From: Lacisediminihabitans sp.
GTDB taxonomy: Bacteria; Actinomycetota; Actinomycetes; Actinomycetales; Microbacteriaceae
Length of the DNA stretch: 48,882 nucleotides
Reading direction: 5' to 3'
Assembly: GCA_039936355.1 (NCBI GenBank)
Contig: JBDTIM010000095.1
Coordinates: 1 to 48,882, forward strand
In this document: in pieces, positions 1 to 10,166 of the stretch
How the letters are laid out: every line of letters begins with the position of its first letter
Numbering within the stretch: position 1 is the stretch's first letter
The notes under the pieces: generated by a model
The model's database searches: none
What the model saw: only the letters and a program-made list of their open reading frames with translations
Told to the model about the DNA's origin: nothing
Program-made: the position numbers and the translations under genes

Positions 1-52
1 CGAGCCGAAGGCTCCGCCCATAGAGGCCCACCACACCCGAGCCTTCGGCTCG
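1..52. repeat. 14-bp perfect inverted repeat
   Basis: CGAGCCGAAGGCTC (1-14) and GAGCCTTCGGCTCG (39-52). It may extend beyond the window edge. Confidence 0.6.
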
Positions 53-1642
53 GCATCCGACGACCTGGTTGCCACCGATCAACCGGAGCTGCGAATCGAC
101 CGATGGTGGGGGCGGATGCTCGCACACCCCGCGCGCTTCAGGCTTTGGTACTGGGGTGGTCCGATGGCGGTCACGCTGCTCGCCGCCGTGCTGCGGCTGT
201 GGAACCTCGGGCACCCGAAATCGCTCGTGTTCGACGAGACGTACTACGTGAAAGACGCCTGGAGCCTCATCCATCTCGGTTACGAGGGCAGTTGGCCAGC
301 TGGAGCCGACGCGAGTTTCATCACCGGGCATGTGAACATTTTCACGGCCGCGGGCGGTTATGTGGTGCATCCGCCGCTGGGTAAATGGCTGATCGGTCTC
401 GGCATGGCGGCATTTGGCGGCGACAACAGCGTCGGCTGGCGCATCAGTACGGCGATCGTCGGCATCCTCGCCGTTTTCATTGTGGCGCTGATCGCTCGCG
501 AACTGTTCGCGTCCACGCTTCTGGCAACGATTGCTGGCGGCCTGATGGCGATCGACGGTAACGCAATCGTCTTGTCGAGGGTGAGCCTGCTCGACAACTT
601 CCTGATGTTTTTCGCACTCCTTGGTTTCTGGGCGATTCTGAAGGATCGGCGGCAGAGCACTGAGCGCCTTGCCATGTGGCTGGTTGCGCGCGAGAAGCAA
701 GGCCTAAGCACCGACTGGGGACCTGCACTGTGGTGGCGACCGTGGTTGATCACCGCCGGACTCATCTTCGGTCACGCCTCCGCCGTCAAGTGGAACGGTC
801 TCTACTTCCTCGCTGGCTTCGCCATTTACACACTGCTGGTGGATGCCATGGCCAGGCGTCGCGCTGGCGTCACCTTCTGGGCGAGTGGCACCGTCTTCAA
901 ACAAGCGCCAACCAGCTTCCTCTTGACGGTTCCGCTCGCGCTTGCCGCCTACCTTGCGAGCTGGACTGGCTGGTTCGTGACCCATGGCGGCTACGGCAGA
1001 AACTGGGCGGATGTTGCAGGCAACGCGCTCACCGGCCCGTTCGCCTGGGTCCCTCACTCGCTGCAAAGTTTTTGGCACTACCAGGTCATGGCCTACGACT
1101 TCAACGTGGGTATGCATTCGCCTCATCCGTATGCCGCCAACCCGCTGGGCTGGCTACTCATGCTCAGGCCGACAAGCATGTTTTATGTTGGCTCGAACCT
1201 GGGCAAGAACGGCTGCGACGTGAGCCGCTGCGGCGAGGCGATCACGGGCATCGCGAACCCGCTGATCTGGTGGGCAGCGACCGCGGCCGTCCTCTACCTG
1301 GTGTACCGGCTGGTGCGGTACCGGGAGTGGCGGGTTGGTCTCATTCTGATGGGCGTCGCAGCTGGATACCTTCCGTGGCTGCTGTATCTGAACCGCACGG
1401 TGTTCCAGTTCTACACAATTGCTTTCGAGCCGTACCTGATCCTGTCGCTCACCTTCGTGATCGGGGTGCTCCTGGGATCGCGCCGAGACCCGAGCTGGCG
1501 ACGGCTCAGCGGCATCCGCCTGGTTTTCATCTTCGTTGTGTGCGCCGCCGCGTTGAGCGCATTCTGGTATCCACTGTGGACTGCGATGCAGGAACCGGAG
1601 TGGTTTACGCAACTTCACTATTGGCTGCGCAGCTGGATCTAA
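2..1642 (+). CDS. pmt: Protein O-mannosyltransferase (GT39/PMT family), probably 5'-partial
   Basis: FDETYY and VHPPLGKW motifs, SRxxLLD, AVKWNG, HPYAANP, many TM segments. The frame is open from base 2 to the ATG at 116, so the true start may be upstream of the window. Confidence 0.9.
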   Translation, partial: EPKAPPIEAHHTRAFGSASDDLVATDQPELRIDRWWGRMLAHPARFRLWYWGGPMAVTLLAAVLRLWNLGHPKSLVFDETYYVKDAWSLIHLGYEGSWPAGADASFITGHVNIFTAAGGYVVHPPLGKWLIGLGMAAFGGDNSVGWRISTAIVGILAVFIVALIARELFASTLLATIAGGLMAIDGNAIVLSRVSLLDNFLMFFALLGFWAILKDRRQSTERLAMWLVAREKQGLSTDWGPALWWRPWLITAGLIFGHASAVKWNGLYFLAGFAIYTLLVDAMARRRAGVTFWASGTVFKQAPTSFLLTVPLALAAYLASWTGWFVTHGGYGRNWADVAGNALTGPFAWVPHSLQSFWHYQVMAYDFNVGMHSPHPYAANPLGWLLMLRPTSMFYVGSNLGKNGCDVSRCGEAITGIANPLIWWAATAAVLYLVYRLVRYREWRVGLILMGVAAGYLPWLLYLNRTVFQFYTIAFEPYLILSLTFVIGVLLGSRRDPSWRRLSGIRLVFIFVVCAAALSAFWYPLWTAMQEPEWFTQLHYWLRSWI

Positions 1643-1846
1643 CTTCGACAGCAAGTGGCCGCTTCAGTTCGTGGTTCACCGCCCCCCTAACGGGATTAGC
1701 CAAGGTGGAGTAGGATTCACTCGCGCCTTTACCCGACGCACCCCCACTCTGCAACGTCACTGGCGGCAGTGCCGCTGACTGCAAACCCGAATTGCACATG
1801 CCGGATGCCCACCCGGTGTTTGCTCAGACCCCCCAGGATCGCTCCC

Positions 1847-4800
1847 GTGCGCATTGGAAAAACCGGCGGCGCCGTTGCCGCGCTCGCCTTAGTATCGTTT
1901 TTCATCTTTGGTGGCGTGGCGGTGGCACACGCGGCCGCCCCACTCACCCTGGTCCCCTTTGACTCGACCGGATCCACGAACCCCACCCTCGTCGTCCACG
2001 GCACTGCTGAACCCGGGGCCCCGATCACGGTCACCGCGACCAGCATTGAAGCCACCGATGCCCCGTATTGCGAAACGGTCGCCGACCCGGGCGGGAGTTG
2101 GTACTGCACTAAAGACACCCCCGGAATCAATCAGGTCCACTTCGGCAGCAACGTACTTACCGTGACAGACGGCACGAGCGCTCCGGTCTCCAGTGCGGCG
2201 ATCACGCTCTACGGTGCGGGCGGCCCCATTCTGACCAGTCCGCAATCGGGCAAGAGCATCCTGCCCAATCATCCGGTGTTTACGGGGTTCGGGCCGGCAC
2301 GCGGGTCGATCAGCGTGATCGCGAATGACGGCGAAACGGTCTGCACGGTCGACCCAGTGCCTGACAGCGAAACTTGGAGCTGCTCCCCCGCAACGCTTCC
2401 ACTCGGAGCGAACACCTTCACCGTCAGGAGCACTACGCCGGGATATCCGACCGTTGGCTTCGATACCAGGGACAGCAACCCAACTGCCGTGACGGTTTCA
2501 GACCTGGCTGCCCCTGTCATGAGCTACACGATGGGCTACTCGACCGGCACTTCGTCGGCGCCAATTTCTTTCCAGAACGGGGCGGTGGGCACTGACCTGT
2601 ACTCAATCACGGAGCCCACCGGCGAGGGAAACGGTTACGTCAGGTCACCATATCCCGATCCGAGCTGTGGTCCATCAGCTGGCCCCGGCGCTCTCGTCTG
2701 CGACTTCGGCATCCTGGCCCCCGGTATTTGGGAGGCCCACTCCTACCAATACGTGGGAGAGATGTCCCCGGCGGGGCAGAACGACTTCTTCCGGATCCCA
2801 GAAGCACCCACCATGACGGCAACAGCGCAGCCGGATCAAACTGTCGCATTCTCCGGAACAGGCACAACGGGAGATCTCATCTCCGTCGTCACCGACCCCG
2901 GAGCCACCGTCTGCACCGCGACGGTTGCCGCAAATCAATGGGGCTGCAGCGCGGCTGCCACCTTGGGCACCCACTCTTATCAGGCAGCACAGCTCGATCA
3001 GGGCTGGACACCGTATCTGGACAACGACAGCTCTGGGAACGTCATGGGCGATCCGCTCGGCACCGTGCTGAATGGGCGTTCCGCGCTGACCGCCCCGACC
3101 TCGGTGACTGTGGTCGCTCCGCCTGCACCACCGGCGCCACCCGCCATGCGCTATGACTTCGGCGCGGCAAGCGTGACGATCACCGCGACCGGTGATCCCA
3201 CGGGCGAGGGATCGGGCATAGAGGTCTATTCCGTCGACGATGGTGCAGGCAGCGGCTACTCCTTCACGTCGTACCCGGCGTGCGTTGCGCTATCGAACGA
3301 GGGCGAGGGCGGAGGGTTCGCCCCACAGACATCCATTCCGACAACCCAGACATGCAGCGTGAGCAATCTCACCCCCGGCGTCTGGAACATCTACAGTGCG
3401 CAAAGGGTGAACGGAACAACGTCGTCGTACCAGAACGATTACTTCAGGGTGCCTGACGCACCAAGTATTCAGGCGCGATCCGGCGATTCAGACAGCATCA
3501 TCCTGTCTGGGACTGGCACGACTGGAGACATTGTGACCGCGCTTCAGGATGGCACGCCCGTGTGCCAGGCAACTGTCGCCGGAGGGGCGTGGACCTGCAT
3601 AATTTCTTCCACCTCAGGGACCCACAGTTACACGGCGAGCCAGCTTGACCAGGGATTCGCCGTCACCGACCCGGAACAAACCGACGGCCTCGTCTACAAC
3701 GCGCGCTCAGCGTTCAGCGCATCCGCGGCGCTGATCGTTGCCTCGGTTCCGCCGGCCTCGGTTCCGCCGACCTCGGCCCCCCAGGCGCCGCCCGGCTCGT
3801 CCCTGCCTGCGCCGACGATCCAGACATTATTCTTCTGGGCGCTGAATATTGTTGGAGGCGATGGGCCGCTCCACGCTGGGGATACCGTGACCGTGAGCAG
3901 CTCCGGATTGCCAGTGGGGGCGCTCGTGAGTTTCGAGCTGCATTCCACACCTCGGTCGCTGGGAACCATGACAGTCGCACCCGACGGCACTTTCTCGAGA
4001 ACCATCACCATTCCGGATGATGTGGATCCAGGTAACCACCACATTGTGGTCACTGTGACCCCGCAGGGTGAGGCGCCGTCACCGCAGGAGGCGGCCATCA
4101 CAGTGGTACCGGTAGCGCCCGCCGCCGCGAGCAGCACCGCGTCAGGCGATACTTCAACCGCTGTGCCGAAACATCAGAACAGTCACCATTCGGAAGGCAA
4201 CCGCAACACACTCTCGACCCCGAGCTCCTTCACCCACGCACTACCAACGTTGGCGACTCTGTTTGAGAACCCCGGCACTCTAGCGGTCGCGGTCGGACTC
4301 GCGCTCGCCATCATGCTGCTCGCTGCGCTCCCCACTGAGATCCTGGACAGCGCCGTCAGCTCGAACCTTGACCGCTTTGGTCCGTTCCTGAGCCGCGCCG
4401 GTTCGTGGGCCGAACGCACCACCGCCTGGCTAAATCGGGTGACACACAGTTCGGCAGCATCATCCGCGATCATGATCGTGCTCTCGTCGATCATCTTTGG
4501 TTTCGCCGACCCCGACTACGGGTTCAACCTGGTTTCGGTTCGGCTGACCCTGTCGATCATCGTTGGCCTGTACGTCGTCTATTACATCGCGCCCCGAATC
4601 AGCGGTGTCCTGATCAAGCGCCGCTGGGGTCTCGAGAGCGAAATCTCGATCCAACCGATCGCCCTGGTCTTCGCCATCTTCGGAGTGATAGTTGGACGCC
4701 TGCTCGGTTTCTCGCCCGGCTTCCTGATCGGTCTGGCGATCGGTCTTGAACTGGCCGCGAACGCTAAAACTTTGCACAAGGCCAGGTCCATGGCCGTGCA

Positions 4801-5221
4801 GGTCAGCGTGATTGTGGGCCTCGCATTGCTCGCTTGGTTGGGATACAGCCTCATCGCCCTCGGCGGTGAGAGCTCCGTCTGGACCGGGTTGGTCCAGGAT
4901 GCGCTGACCACCATCACGGCCGAGGGACTTACTGGAATGCTGCTTGGGCTGTTCCCACTCGCCTTTTTCGAGGGCAAAGAAGTCTGGGACTACTCGAAGC
5001 GGCTCTGGACTGGGCTGTTCATGATCACGGGAACCGCCTTCGCACTGCTCGTTTTACCCACCGCGGTAGCCCCGCAGAAGATCGGCGAAAGTCTGCCCGC
5101 CTGGCTGTTGGTATTGGGTTGCTTCACGGTCGTCTCACTCGGTGTGTGGCTGTATCTCAAACTGACCACCAAGCCTGAGCAGGAGATCGTGGAAGCTGAG
5201 CCAGAGCGGGTCGAAGCATAA
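1847..5221 (+). CDS. Large surface/membrane protein with signal peptide, Ig-like repeats, Pro/Ser/Thr linkers and a C-terminal multi-TM domain (FGLLP-motif-like)
   Basis: ORF 1769..5221; start uncertain (1769/1805/1847). Signal peptide ends in AHA. Repeated C-x-x-x-V...W-x-C beta modules. About 8-9 C-terminal hydrophobic helices including EGLTGMLLGLFPLAFFEG. Confidence 0.7.
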   Translation: MRIGKTGGAVAALALVSFFIFGGVAVAHAAAPLTLVPFDSTGSTNPTLVVHGTAEPGAPITVTATSIEATDAPYCETVADPGGSWYCTKDTPGINQVHFGSNVLTVTDGTSAPVSSAAITLYGAGGPILTSPQSGKSILPNHPVFTGFGPARGSISVIANDGETVCTVDPVPDSETWSCSPATLPLGANTFTVRSTTPGYPTVGFDTRDSNPTAVTVSDLAAPVMSYTMGYSTGTSSAPISFQNGAVGTDLYSITEPTGEGNGYVRSPYPDPSCGPSAGPGALVCDFGILAPGIWEAHSYQYVGEMSPAGQNDFFRIPEAPTMTATAQPDQTVAFSGTGTTGDLISVVTDPGATVCTATVAANQWGCSAAATLGTHSYQAAQLDQGWTPYLDNDSSGNVMGDPLGTVLNGRSALTAPTSVTVVAPPAPPAPPAMRYDFGAASVTITATGDPTGEGSGIEVYSVDDGAGSGYSFTSYPACVALSNEGEGGGFAPQTSIPTTQTCSVSNLTPGVWNIYSAQRVNGTTSSYQNDYFRVPDAPSIQARSGDSDSIILSGTGTTGDIVTALQDGTPVCQATVAGGAWTCIISSTSGTHSYTASQLDQGFAVTDPEQTDGLVYNARSAFSASAALIVASVPPASVPPTSAPQAPPGSSLPAPTIQTLFFWALNIVGGDGPLHAGDTVTVSSSGLPVGALVSFELHSTPRSLGTMTVAPDGTFSRTITIPDDVDPGNHHIVVTVTPQGEAPSPQEAAITVVPVAPAAASSTASGDTSTAVPKHQNSHHSEGNRNTLSTPSSFTHALPTLATLFENPGTLAVAVGLALAIMLLAALPTEILDSAVSSNLDRFGPFLSRAGSWAERTTAWLNRVTHSSAASSAIMIVLSSIIFGFADPDYGFNLVSVRLTLSIIVGLYVVYYIAPRISGVLIKRRWGLESEISIQPIALVFAIFGVIVGRLLGFSPGFLIGLAIGLELAANAKTLHKARSMAVQVSVIVGLALLAWLGYSLIALGGESSVWTGLVQDALTTITAEGLTGMLLGLFPLAFFEGKEVWDYSKRLWTGLFMITGTAFALLVLPTAVAPQKIGESLPAWLLVLGCFTVVSLGVWLYLKLTTKPEQEIVEAEPERVEA
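2507..3740 (+). repeat. Intragenic tandem duplication of about 200 aa (two copies, about 2507-3115 and 3134-3740)
   Basis: Copy 1: LAPGIW..QNDFFRIPEAP..SGTGTTGD..VCTATV..W.C..GTHSYQAAQLDQG..NGRSA. Copy 2: LTPGVW..QNDYFRVPDAP..SGTGTTGD..VCQATV..W.C..GTHSYTASQLDQG..NARSA. Confidence 0.85.
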
Positions 5222-5252
5222 GCGCCGTGTTACCTCTCGTGGCGACTCCAAT

Positions 5253-5280
5253 TTGACCTCCAGTCGCGCTCCACTAGCGT
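5253..5280 (+). promoter_or_regulatory. SigA-type promoter for a leaderless metY transcript
   Basis: TTGACC-N16-TAGCGT with the ATG 6 nt after the -10 element and no Shine-Dalgarno. Confidence 0.6.
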
Positions 5281-5286
5281 GATTGA

Positions 5287-6624
5287 ATGGCAGATCGCGA
5301 CCGCACAGGTACAGACCGCACAGGTACAGACCGCACTGACAGGGAGTGGGGTTTTCGCACCCGTTCCATCCATGCAGGCAACATTCCGGATGCGGTGACG
5401 GGAGCCAGAGCCCTCCCGATCTACCAGACCACGGCTTTCGTCTTCGATGACACCGCGGATGCGGCAGCTCGGTTTGCGCTGCAGAAGTACGGCAACATCT
5501 ACTCCCGAGTCGCCAACCCGACAGTTGCGGCGTTCGAGGAGCGCGTTGCGAGCCTCGAGGGCGGCATCGGCGCGGTCGCGACGTCAAGCGGACTGTCTGC
5601 GCAGTACATCACGTTCGCGTCCCTCGCGGGTGCCGGCGAGCACATCGTCGCATCCGCGGGGCTCTATGGCGGATCAGTAACCCAACTCGACGTCACCCTG
5701 CGCCGCTTCGGGATCGACACCACCTTTATCCCCGGCACCGACCCGGCAGACTACGCCGCAGCCATAACCGATGAGACCAAATTGATCTTCGCGGAATCGA
5801 TTTCCAACCCGTCCGGCGAGATCGCGGACCTCGAGGGCCTTGCGGATGTCGCCCATGCCGCGGGTATCCCGCTCATTATCGACTCCACCTTCGCCACCCC
5901 GTACCTCAACCGTCCCATGGAATGGGGCGCCGACATTGTCGTGCACTCCGCCACCAAGTTCCTCGGTGGGCACGGAACGACGATGGGCGGCGTCGTTGTC
6001 GAGTCCGGCAGATTCACCTGGCACAGCGACAAGTTCCCGCTGTTTGACATCCCCGTGCACACCTACGGCAACCTCAACTGGTCGGGCAATTTCGGCGAGT
6101 ACGCCTTTCTCACCCGGTTGCGCGCGGAGCAACTGCGAGACATCGGCCCCGTGCTCGCCCCGCACTCGGCGTTCCTACTCGCTCAGGGTGTCGAGACGCT
6201 GCCGTTCAGGATGGATGCGCACGTCACGAACGCCCGGATCGTCGCGGAGTGGCTTGAGGCGGATCCGCGCATCGAGTTCGTCAACTGGGCAGGGCTGCCT
6301 TCTCACGTGCACTACGACCGGGCCAAACGGTACCTGCCTAAGGGCCCAGGCTCGATCTTTAGCTTCGGAGTCAAAGGCGGGCGGGATGAAGGCCGTGCCT
6401 TCATCGAGTCGGTGGAGCTGGCCAGCCACCTCGCCAATGTTGGCGACGCGAAGACGCTGGTGATTCATCCGGCATCCACCACACACGGGCAACTCACCGA
6501 GCAGCAGCTCGCCGACGCGGGGGTGCTTCCTGGGCTCGTGAGGATTAGCGTGGGAATTGAAGATCCGGAAGACATTATTTACGACCTCGACCAGGCGTTG
6601 ACCCGAGCGACGGTAGGCACGTGA
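5287..6624 (+). CDS. metY: O-acetylhomoserine aminocarboxypropyltransferase/sulfhydrylase
   Basis: PIYQTT, YSRxxNPT, HSATKFLGGHG (PLP lysine), HLANVGDAKTLVIHPASTTH. Confidence 0.93.
   Translation: MADRDRTGTDRTGTDRTDREWGFRTRSIHAGNIPDAVTGARALPIYQTTAFVFDDTADAAARFALQKYGNIYSRVANPTVAAFEERVASLEGGIGAVATSSGLSAQYITFASLAGAGEHIVASAGLYGGSVTQLDVTLRRFGIDTTFIPGTDPADYAAAITDETKLIFAESISNPSGEIADLEGLADVAHAAGIPLIIDSTFATPYLNRPMEWGADIVVHSATKFLGGHGTTMGGVVVESGRFTWHSDKFPLFDIPVHTYGNLNWSGNFGEYAFLTRLRAEQLRDIGPVLAPHSAFLLAQGVETLPFRMDAHVTNARIVAEWLEADPRIEFVNWAGLPSHVHYDRAKRYLPKGPGSIFSFGVKGGRDEGRAFIESVELASHLANVGDAKTLVIHPASTTHGQLTEQQLADAGVLPGLVRISVGIEDPEDIIYDLDQALTRATVGT
5299..5336 (+). repeat. 15-bp in-frame tandem repeat x2.5 at the start of metY
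   Basis: GACCGCACAGGTACA x2 plus GACCGCAC, encoding DRTGT-DRTGT-DRT. Confidence 0.9.
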
Positions 6625-7193
6625 TGAGTGAACAGACAGTGACCTCGCAACTGGCCAACGGGCTCAGCTGCGAACTCCCGGCGGATTCCCCGCTCGCGAG
6701 GCTGCTGAAATCACAGCGCACCTGGGTTGGCCCGAGCGCCAAGGAACGGCTGAGACTCCTGCAGAATGCCACGTCAGTCGCCATCGTCGGAGCGTCGCCC
6801 AACGCGGCGCGCGCCAGCTACTTCGTCGGCACCTACCTGCTGCAGTCGAGTAAGTACCGGGTGTACTTCGTCAACCCGAACGCCACCGAGATTTTGGGTC
6901 ACAAGACCTACCCAGACCTTGCATCACTGCCCGAGGTTCCAGACATCGTGGATGTGTTCCGCAAGGCCAGCGACATCCCCTCGATCATCGACGATGTTGT
7001 CGCCATTGGCGCCCCGACCATCTGGGTGCAACTGGGGATTTGGAATCAGGATGCGGCAATCTATGGCGAGAGCAAGGGTCTCACCGTGGTGATGGACCGC
7101 TGTATCAAGATCGAACACGCCCGCTTCAACGGAGGCTTGTACCTTCTCGGTTTTGACACCGGGGTGATCTCGGCCAAGAAGACCGCACGGTGA
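6621..7193 (+). CDS. CoA-binding protein (YccU-like)
   Basis: VAIVGAS, VNP, YPDLASLPEVPDIVDVFR, WVQLG, VMDRCIKIEH. Overlaps the metY stop codon. Confidence 0.9.
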   Translation: MMSEQTVTSQLANGLSCELPADSPLARLLKSQRTWVGPSAKERLRLLQNATSVAIVGASPNAARASYFVGTYLLQSSKYRVYFVNPNATEILGHKTYPDLASLPEVPDIVDVFRKASDIPSIIDDVVAIGAPTIWVQLGIWNQDAAIYGESKGLTVVMDRCIKIEHARFNGGLYLLGFDTGVISAKKTAR

Positions 7194-7195
7194 CC

Positions 7196-7300
7196 ATGGC
7201 CATAGCCCCACTCGTCGTCTCCGCCGTTGTTTCCACCGAGTTGCTTGCCGACCACCTCGGCGCGGAGACGTTGGTCGTGCTCGACCCATCCACGTCATGA
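7196..7300 (+). pseudogene. Truncated rhodanese/sulfurtransferase (SseA-like) N-terminal remnant
   Basis: 34-aa ORF MAIAPLVVSAVVSTELLADHLGAETLVVLDPSTS* starting 2 nt after the CoA-binding gene. It matches the VST-x-WL-x-x-HL...VVLD N-terminus of two-domain sulfurtransferases and then stops. Confidence 0.6.
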
Positions 7301-7364
7301 CTCCCCCATTCCGCAGGCTGAGCCCGGACTGGGTGCGTAGCTCGTGGCACGTTACCCACGTCGG

Positions 7365-9299
7365 CTAGTCCACGTCAGCCAGTGAGCGCTCCAACTCGGC
7401 CGCGTCCGTGACCGGGAGCCTGCAGACGAAGTCGCGGCAGAGGTAAGCGGACGCGGAGTCGGCCTGCGAGGTGCGGGCCTGGAACAGCTCAAAGCCGACA
7501 TCCGCAAAGGTGGCGGCTTGGGCATCCGTGAGCACGGTCGAGATGCTCCCGCTTCGGTACCAACCGCGAGCGAGCGTGGTCAGAGGCGATACGGTCGCTG
7601 GGTCGCCTGCCGGGGTGGCCACTACGAGTTGGCTGGCCTGTGTGCCGAGCCCGCTCATCACGCCGAGCGCCGCACCAAACGCGACCGGTTGCTTCACCGC
7701 TAATGGGGCGAGTTGTTCCATGGTGTTCACTGCCGCCTCCCGGTATTTCGTTTCGGACGTCAGCAAATAGAGCACCTGTGCAGCGGATGCCATGGCGCTG
7801 AGTCCGGATGCGTACGCGCCCTCAGACGGGTCGGCCTTGACCGCGAGCCCGTGCGCGACGAGAACCGGGTCTGCTCCGTCGGGGACGGTGAACGGTGACG
7901 CTGGGTGCGCCAACGTCGCATCCACTAGCTTCCGGCCAGCGACGGCGTAGCGAGCTTCTCCCGTTTCCAGTCCCAAATGCAGGAGTGCTCGCGCGAGCAT
8001 CCCGTAATCCTCGAGAGTCGCCCTTGCGGCAGAAGGCCTACCGTCGACAGAGGCGCGGATGAGCGTCGGCAACTCCTGCATTTGGGACGCGAACGCGGTG
8101 GTCAGGCTCGAGGCGGGAGTGGAGTGCAGGTGCTGCTCTAGTAGATAGTCGGCGGCGGACGCCGCGGCGGAGATCCACTCCGGATGCCCGAACACAGCCC
8201 CAGCGGTTGCCAGGGCGTCGATCGCGAGGCCGTTCCATCCGGTGAGCACCTTCGCGTCGATGGCCGGAGGCGACTGAGCGGCGCGGCCGACCCTACCGAG
8301 CGAGTAGTAGACGCCCTCGACACGAGTGCCGTCGACGGTGCTCTCGCTGTCCTGCGCGGACGCGAAGGCACCACATGGAAGGCGCAGGGTATCGAGCAGG
8401 AAGTCTGCAATTCCTCCGCTCACCTCTTCTGCGCGCTCCCGGGCGGGCGGGGAAAGCTGGGCCAACCGCGTGTACGCAGTGAGAAGCTGGGCGTTGTCGT
8501 ACAGCATCCGCTCGTAGTGTGGCTCGGACCAGTCCCGCCTGGTGGCGTAGCGAAAGAAGCCACCGTCGACGGAGTCGCGGAGCGGGGATGCCGCCATCGC
8601 AAACAGAGTGCGTTCGACAAGCGCCAGCGCCGCGGTATCCCCGAGTGACCCGCGCTCAAGCAAAAACTGCAGCACCGGGACCATCGGAAATTTCGGCGCA
8701 GAACCGAACCCGCCGAACTCAGTGTCCTCATAGTCGAGGAGCGCCTGCACCACGCCCGCGAAATCGTCGTCGTCCGGCAACTCGCCGGATGGCCGACTGC
8801 TCGCCGCCGCAAGCGCCTCCACCACCTGCGCCGCGCTGTCTTCCAGCGATTCCCGCCGGTTCGTCCAGGCATCCGTGATCGCTTCGAGTACCTGACGAAA
8901 CGACGGATGCCCACCCGCTGCCTCGGGCGGCCAATACGTCCCTGCGAAGAATGTCTTGCCCTGCGGCGTGACGAAAACGTTGAGCGGCCAGCCAAGGTTG
9001 TCGGTGAACGCGCTCGCCGACGTCATGTAGCTAGAGTCGACATCCGGATACTCCTCACGATCCACCTTGATCGCGACAAAGTGCGCATTGAGATACTCGG
9101 CGAGCACCGGGTCGCTGAACGACTCGCGCGCCATCACGTGGCACCAGTGGCACGTCGAATACCCGATCGAGACGAACACGGGAACGTTGCGGCGCACCGC
9201 TTCCTCGAACGGGTCGCTACCCCACTGTTGCCAGTCGACCGGATTTTCGGCGTGCGAGCGCAGATACGGACTGATGGCAGTGGCGAGTCGGTTAGGCAT
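7365..9299 (-). CDS. Thioredoxin-domain protein YyaL/SPATA20 (DUF255 plus six-hairpin glycosidase-like domain)
   Basis: NRLxxxxSPYLxxHAxNPVDW, [16 protein letters not shown], KVDREExPDVD, GGFGxAPKFP, [12 protein letters not shown]. Confidence 0.92.
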   Translation of the reverse strand: MPNRLATAISPYLRSHAENPVDWQQWGSDPFEEAVRRNVPVFVSIGYSTCHWCHVMARESFSDPVLAEYLNAHFVAIKVDREEYPDVDSSYMTSASAFTDNLGWPLNVFVTPQGKTFFAGTYWPPEAAGGHPSFRQVLEAITDAWTNRRESLEDSAAQVVEALAAASSRPSGELPDDDDFAGVVQALLDYEDTEFGGFGSAPKFPMVPVLQFLLERGSLGDTAALALVERTLFAMAASPLRDSVDGGFFRYATRRDWSEPHYERMLYDNAQLLTAYTRLAQLSPPARERAEEVSGGIADFLLDTLRLPCGAFASAQDSESTVDGTRVEGVYYSLGRVGRAAQSPPAIDAKVLTGWNGLAIDALATAGAVFGHPEWISAAASAADYLLEQHLHSTPASSLTTAFASQMQELPTLIRASVDGRPSAARATLEDYGMLARALLHLGLETGEARYAVAGRKLVDATLAHPASPFTVPDGADPVLVAHGLAVKADPSEGAYASGLSAMASAAQVLYLLTSETKYREAAVNTMEQLAPLAVKQPVAFGAALGVMSGLGTQASQLVVATPAGDPATVSPLTTLARGWYRSGSISTVLTDAQAATFADVGFELFQARTSQADSASAYLCRDFVCRLPVTDAAELERSLADVD

Positions 9300-9338
9300 G
9301 CCTCCAACGCTACCCGCGGTGTCGTGCCTGCGTCTGGG

Positions 9339-10166
9339 CTAGTTCACCTCGAACGGGTCACTACCGACCCGGCCCCCGCGCTCCAGCGCCGTGATCGACG
9401 CCTGCTCGTCTGAGGTGAGTTCGAAGTCGAACAGCGCGAAGTTTTCCGCCATCCGCTCGCGCCGGTTCGACTTGGGGAACACGATGTGACCCTCCTGAAT
9501 GTGCCAGCGCAGCACTACCTGGGCTGCGGACTTGCCGTGGGCATCCGCGACCCGAGTGATCATAGGAAGCTCCAGAAGCGGATACTTACCTTGGCCAAGC
9601 GGGCCCCAGCCTTCAGTGTGGATGCCGTTTTCGGTAGCGAACGCGGTCACGGCAGGCTGCTGATGGTACGGGTGCAGTTCGATCTGATTCACGGCCGGAA
9701 CGGTGTCGGTCTCTGCGATGAGCCGCTGGAGGTGGGGCACCATGAAGTTCGAGACCCCGATACTGCGGGTTTGCCCCCTGTCTCGAATCTTCTCGAGCGC
9801 GCGCCACGTCTCGACATAGAGCTCTTTCGCCGGACACGGCCAATGGATGAGATAGAGATTGACCTGCTCCAGACCCAACTTCTCGAGGCTTCGCTGTGCG
9901 GCGTCATACGCCGGCTGAGTGCCCTGGTCGTTGTTGTACAGCTTGGTGGTGACGAACAACTCGTCGCGCGGGATCCCGGACGCCGCGATCGCGCGGCCGA
10001 CACCGTCCTCGTTTCCATAGATGGCGGCCGCGTCGATGTGTCGGTAACCCACCTCGAGAGCGTCGGAGACTATCCGTTCCGTCTCGTTCGGATCGATCTT
10101 GAAGACCCCGAAGCCGAGTTGCGGGATTTGCGTGCCGTCGTTGAGCTCAATCACGGGAACAGCCAT
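9339..10166 (-). CDS. dkgA: Aldo/keto reductase (2,5-diketo-D-gluconate reductase A-like)
   Basis: LNDGxxIPQLGFGVF, GYRHID, YGNE, LYLIHWP, IGVSNF, NQIELHP, GPLGQG. Confidence 0.85.
   Translation of the reverse strand: MAVPVIELNDGTQIPQLGFGVFKIDPNETERIVSDALEVGYRHIDAAAIYGNEDGVGRAIAASGIPRDELFVTTKLYNNDQGTQPAYDAAQRSLEKLGLEQVNLYLIHWPCPAKELYVETWRALEKIRDRGQTRSIGVSNFMVPHLQRLIAETDTVPAVNQIELHPYHQQPAVTAFATENGIHTEGWGPLGQGKYPLLELPMITRVADAHGKSAAQVVLRWHIQEGHIVFPKSNRRERMAENFALFDFELTSDEQASITALERGGRVGSDPFEVN

Noticed and set aside
676-1713. Long alternative-frame and antisense ORFs (e.g. 676..1713, 9486..10169, 13134..13925, 41105..42196, 45355..46191)
   Set aside because: They overlap well-supported genes, are Arg/Pro-rich and motif-free, and are typical high-GC shadow ORFs.
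5222-5286. SAM riboswitch before metY
   Set aside because: Only 65 bp, and occupied by a promoter abutting the ATG.
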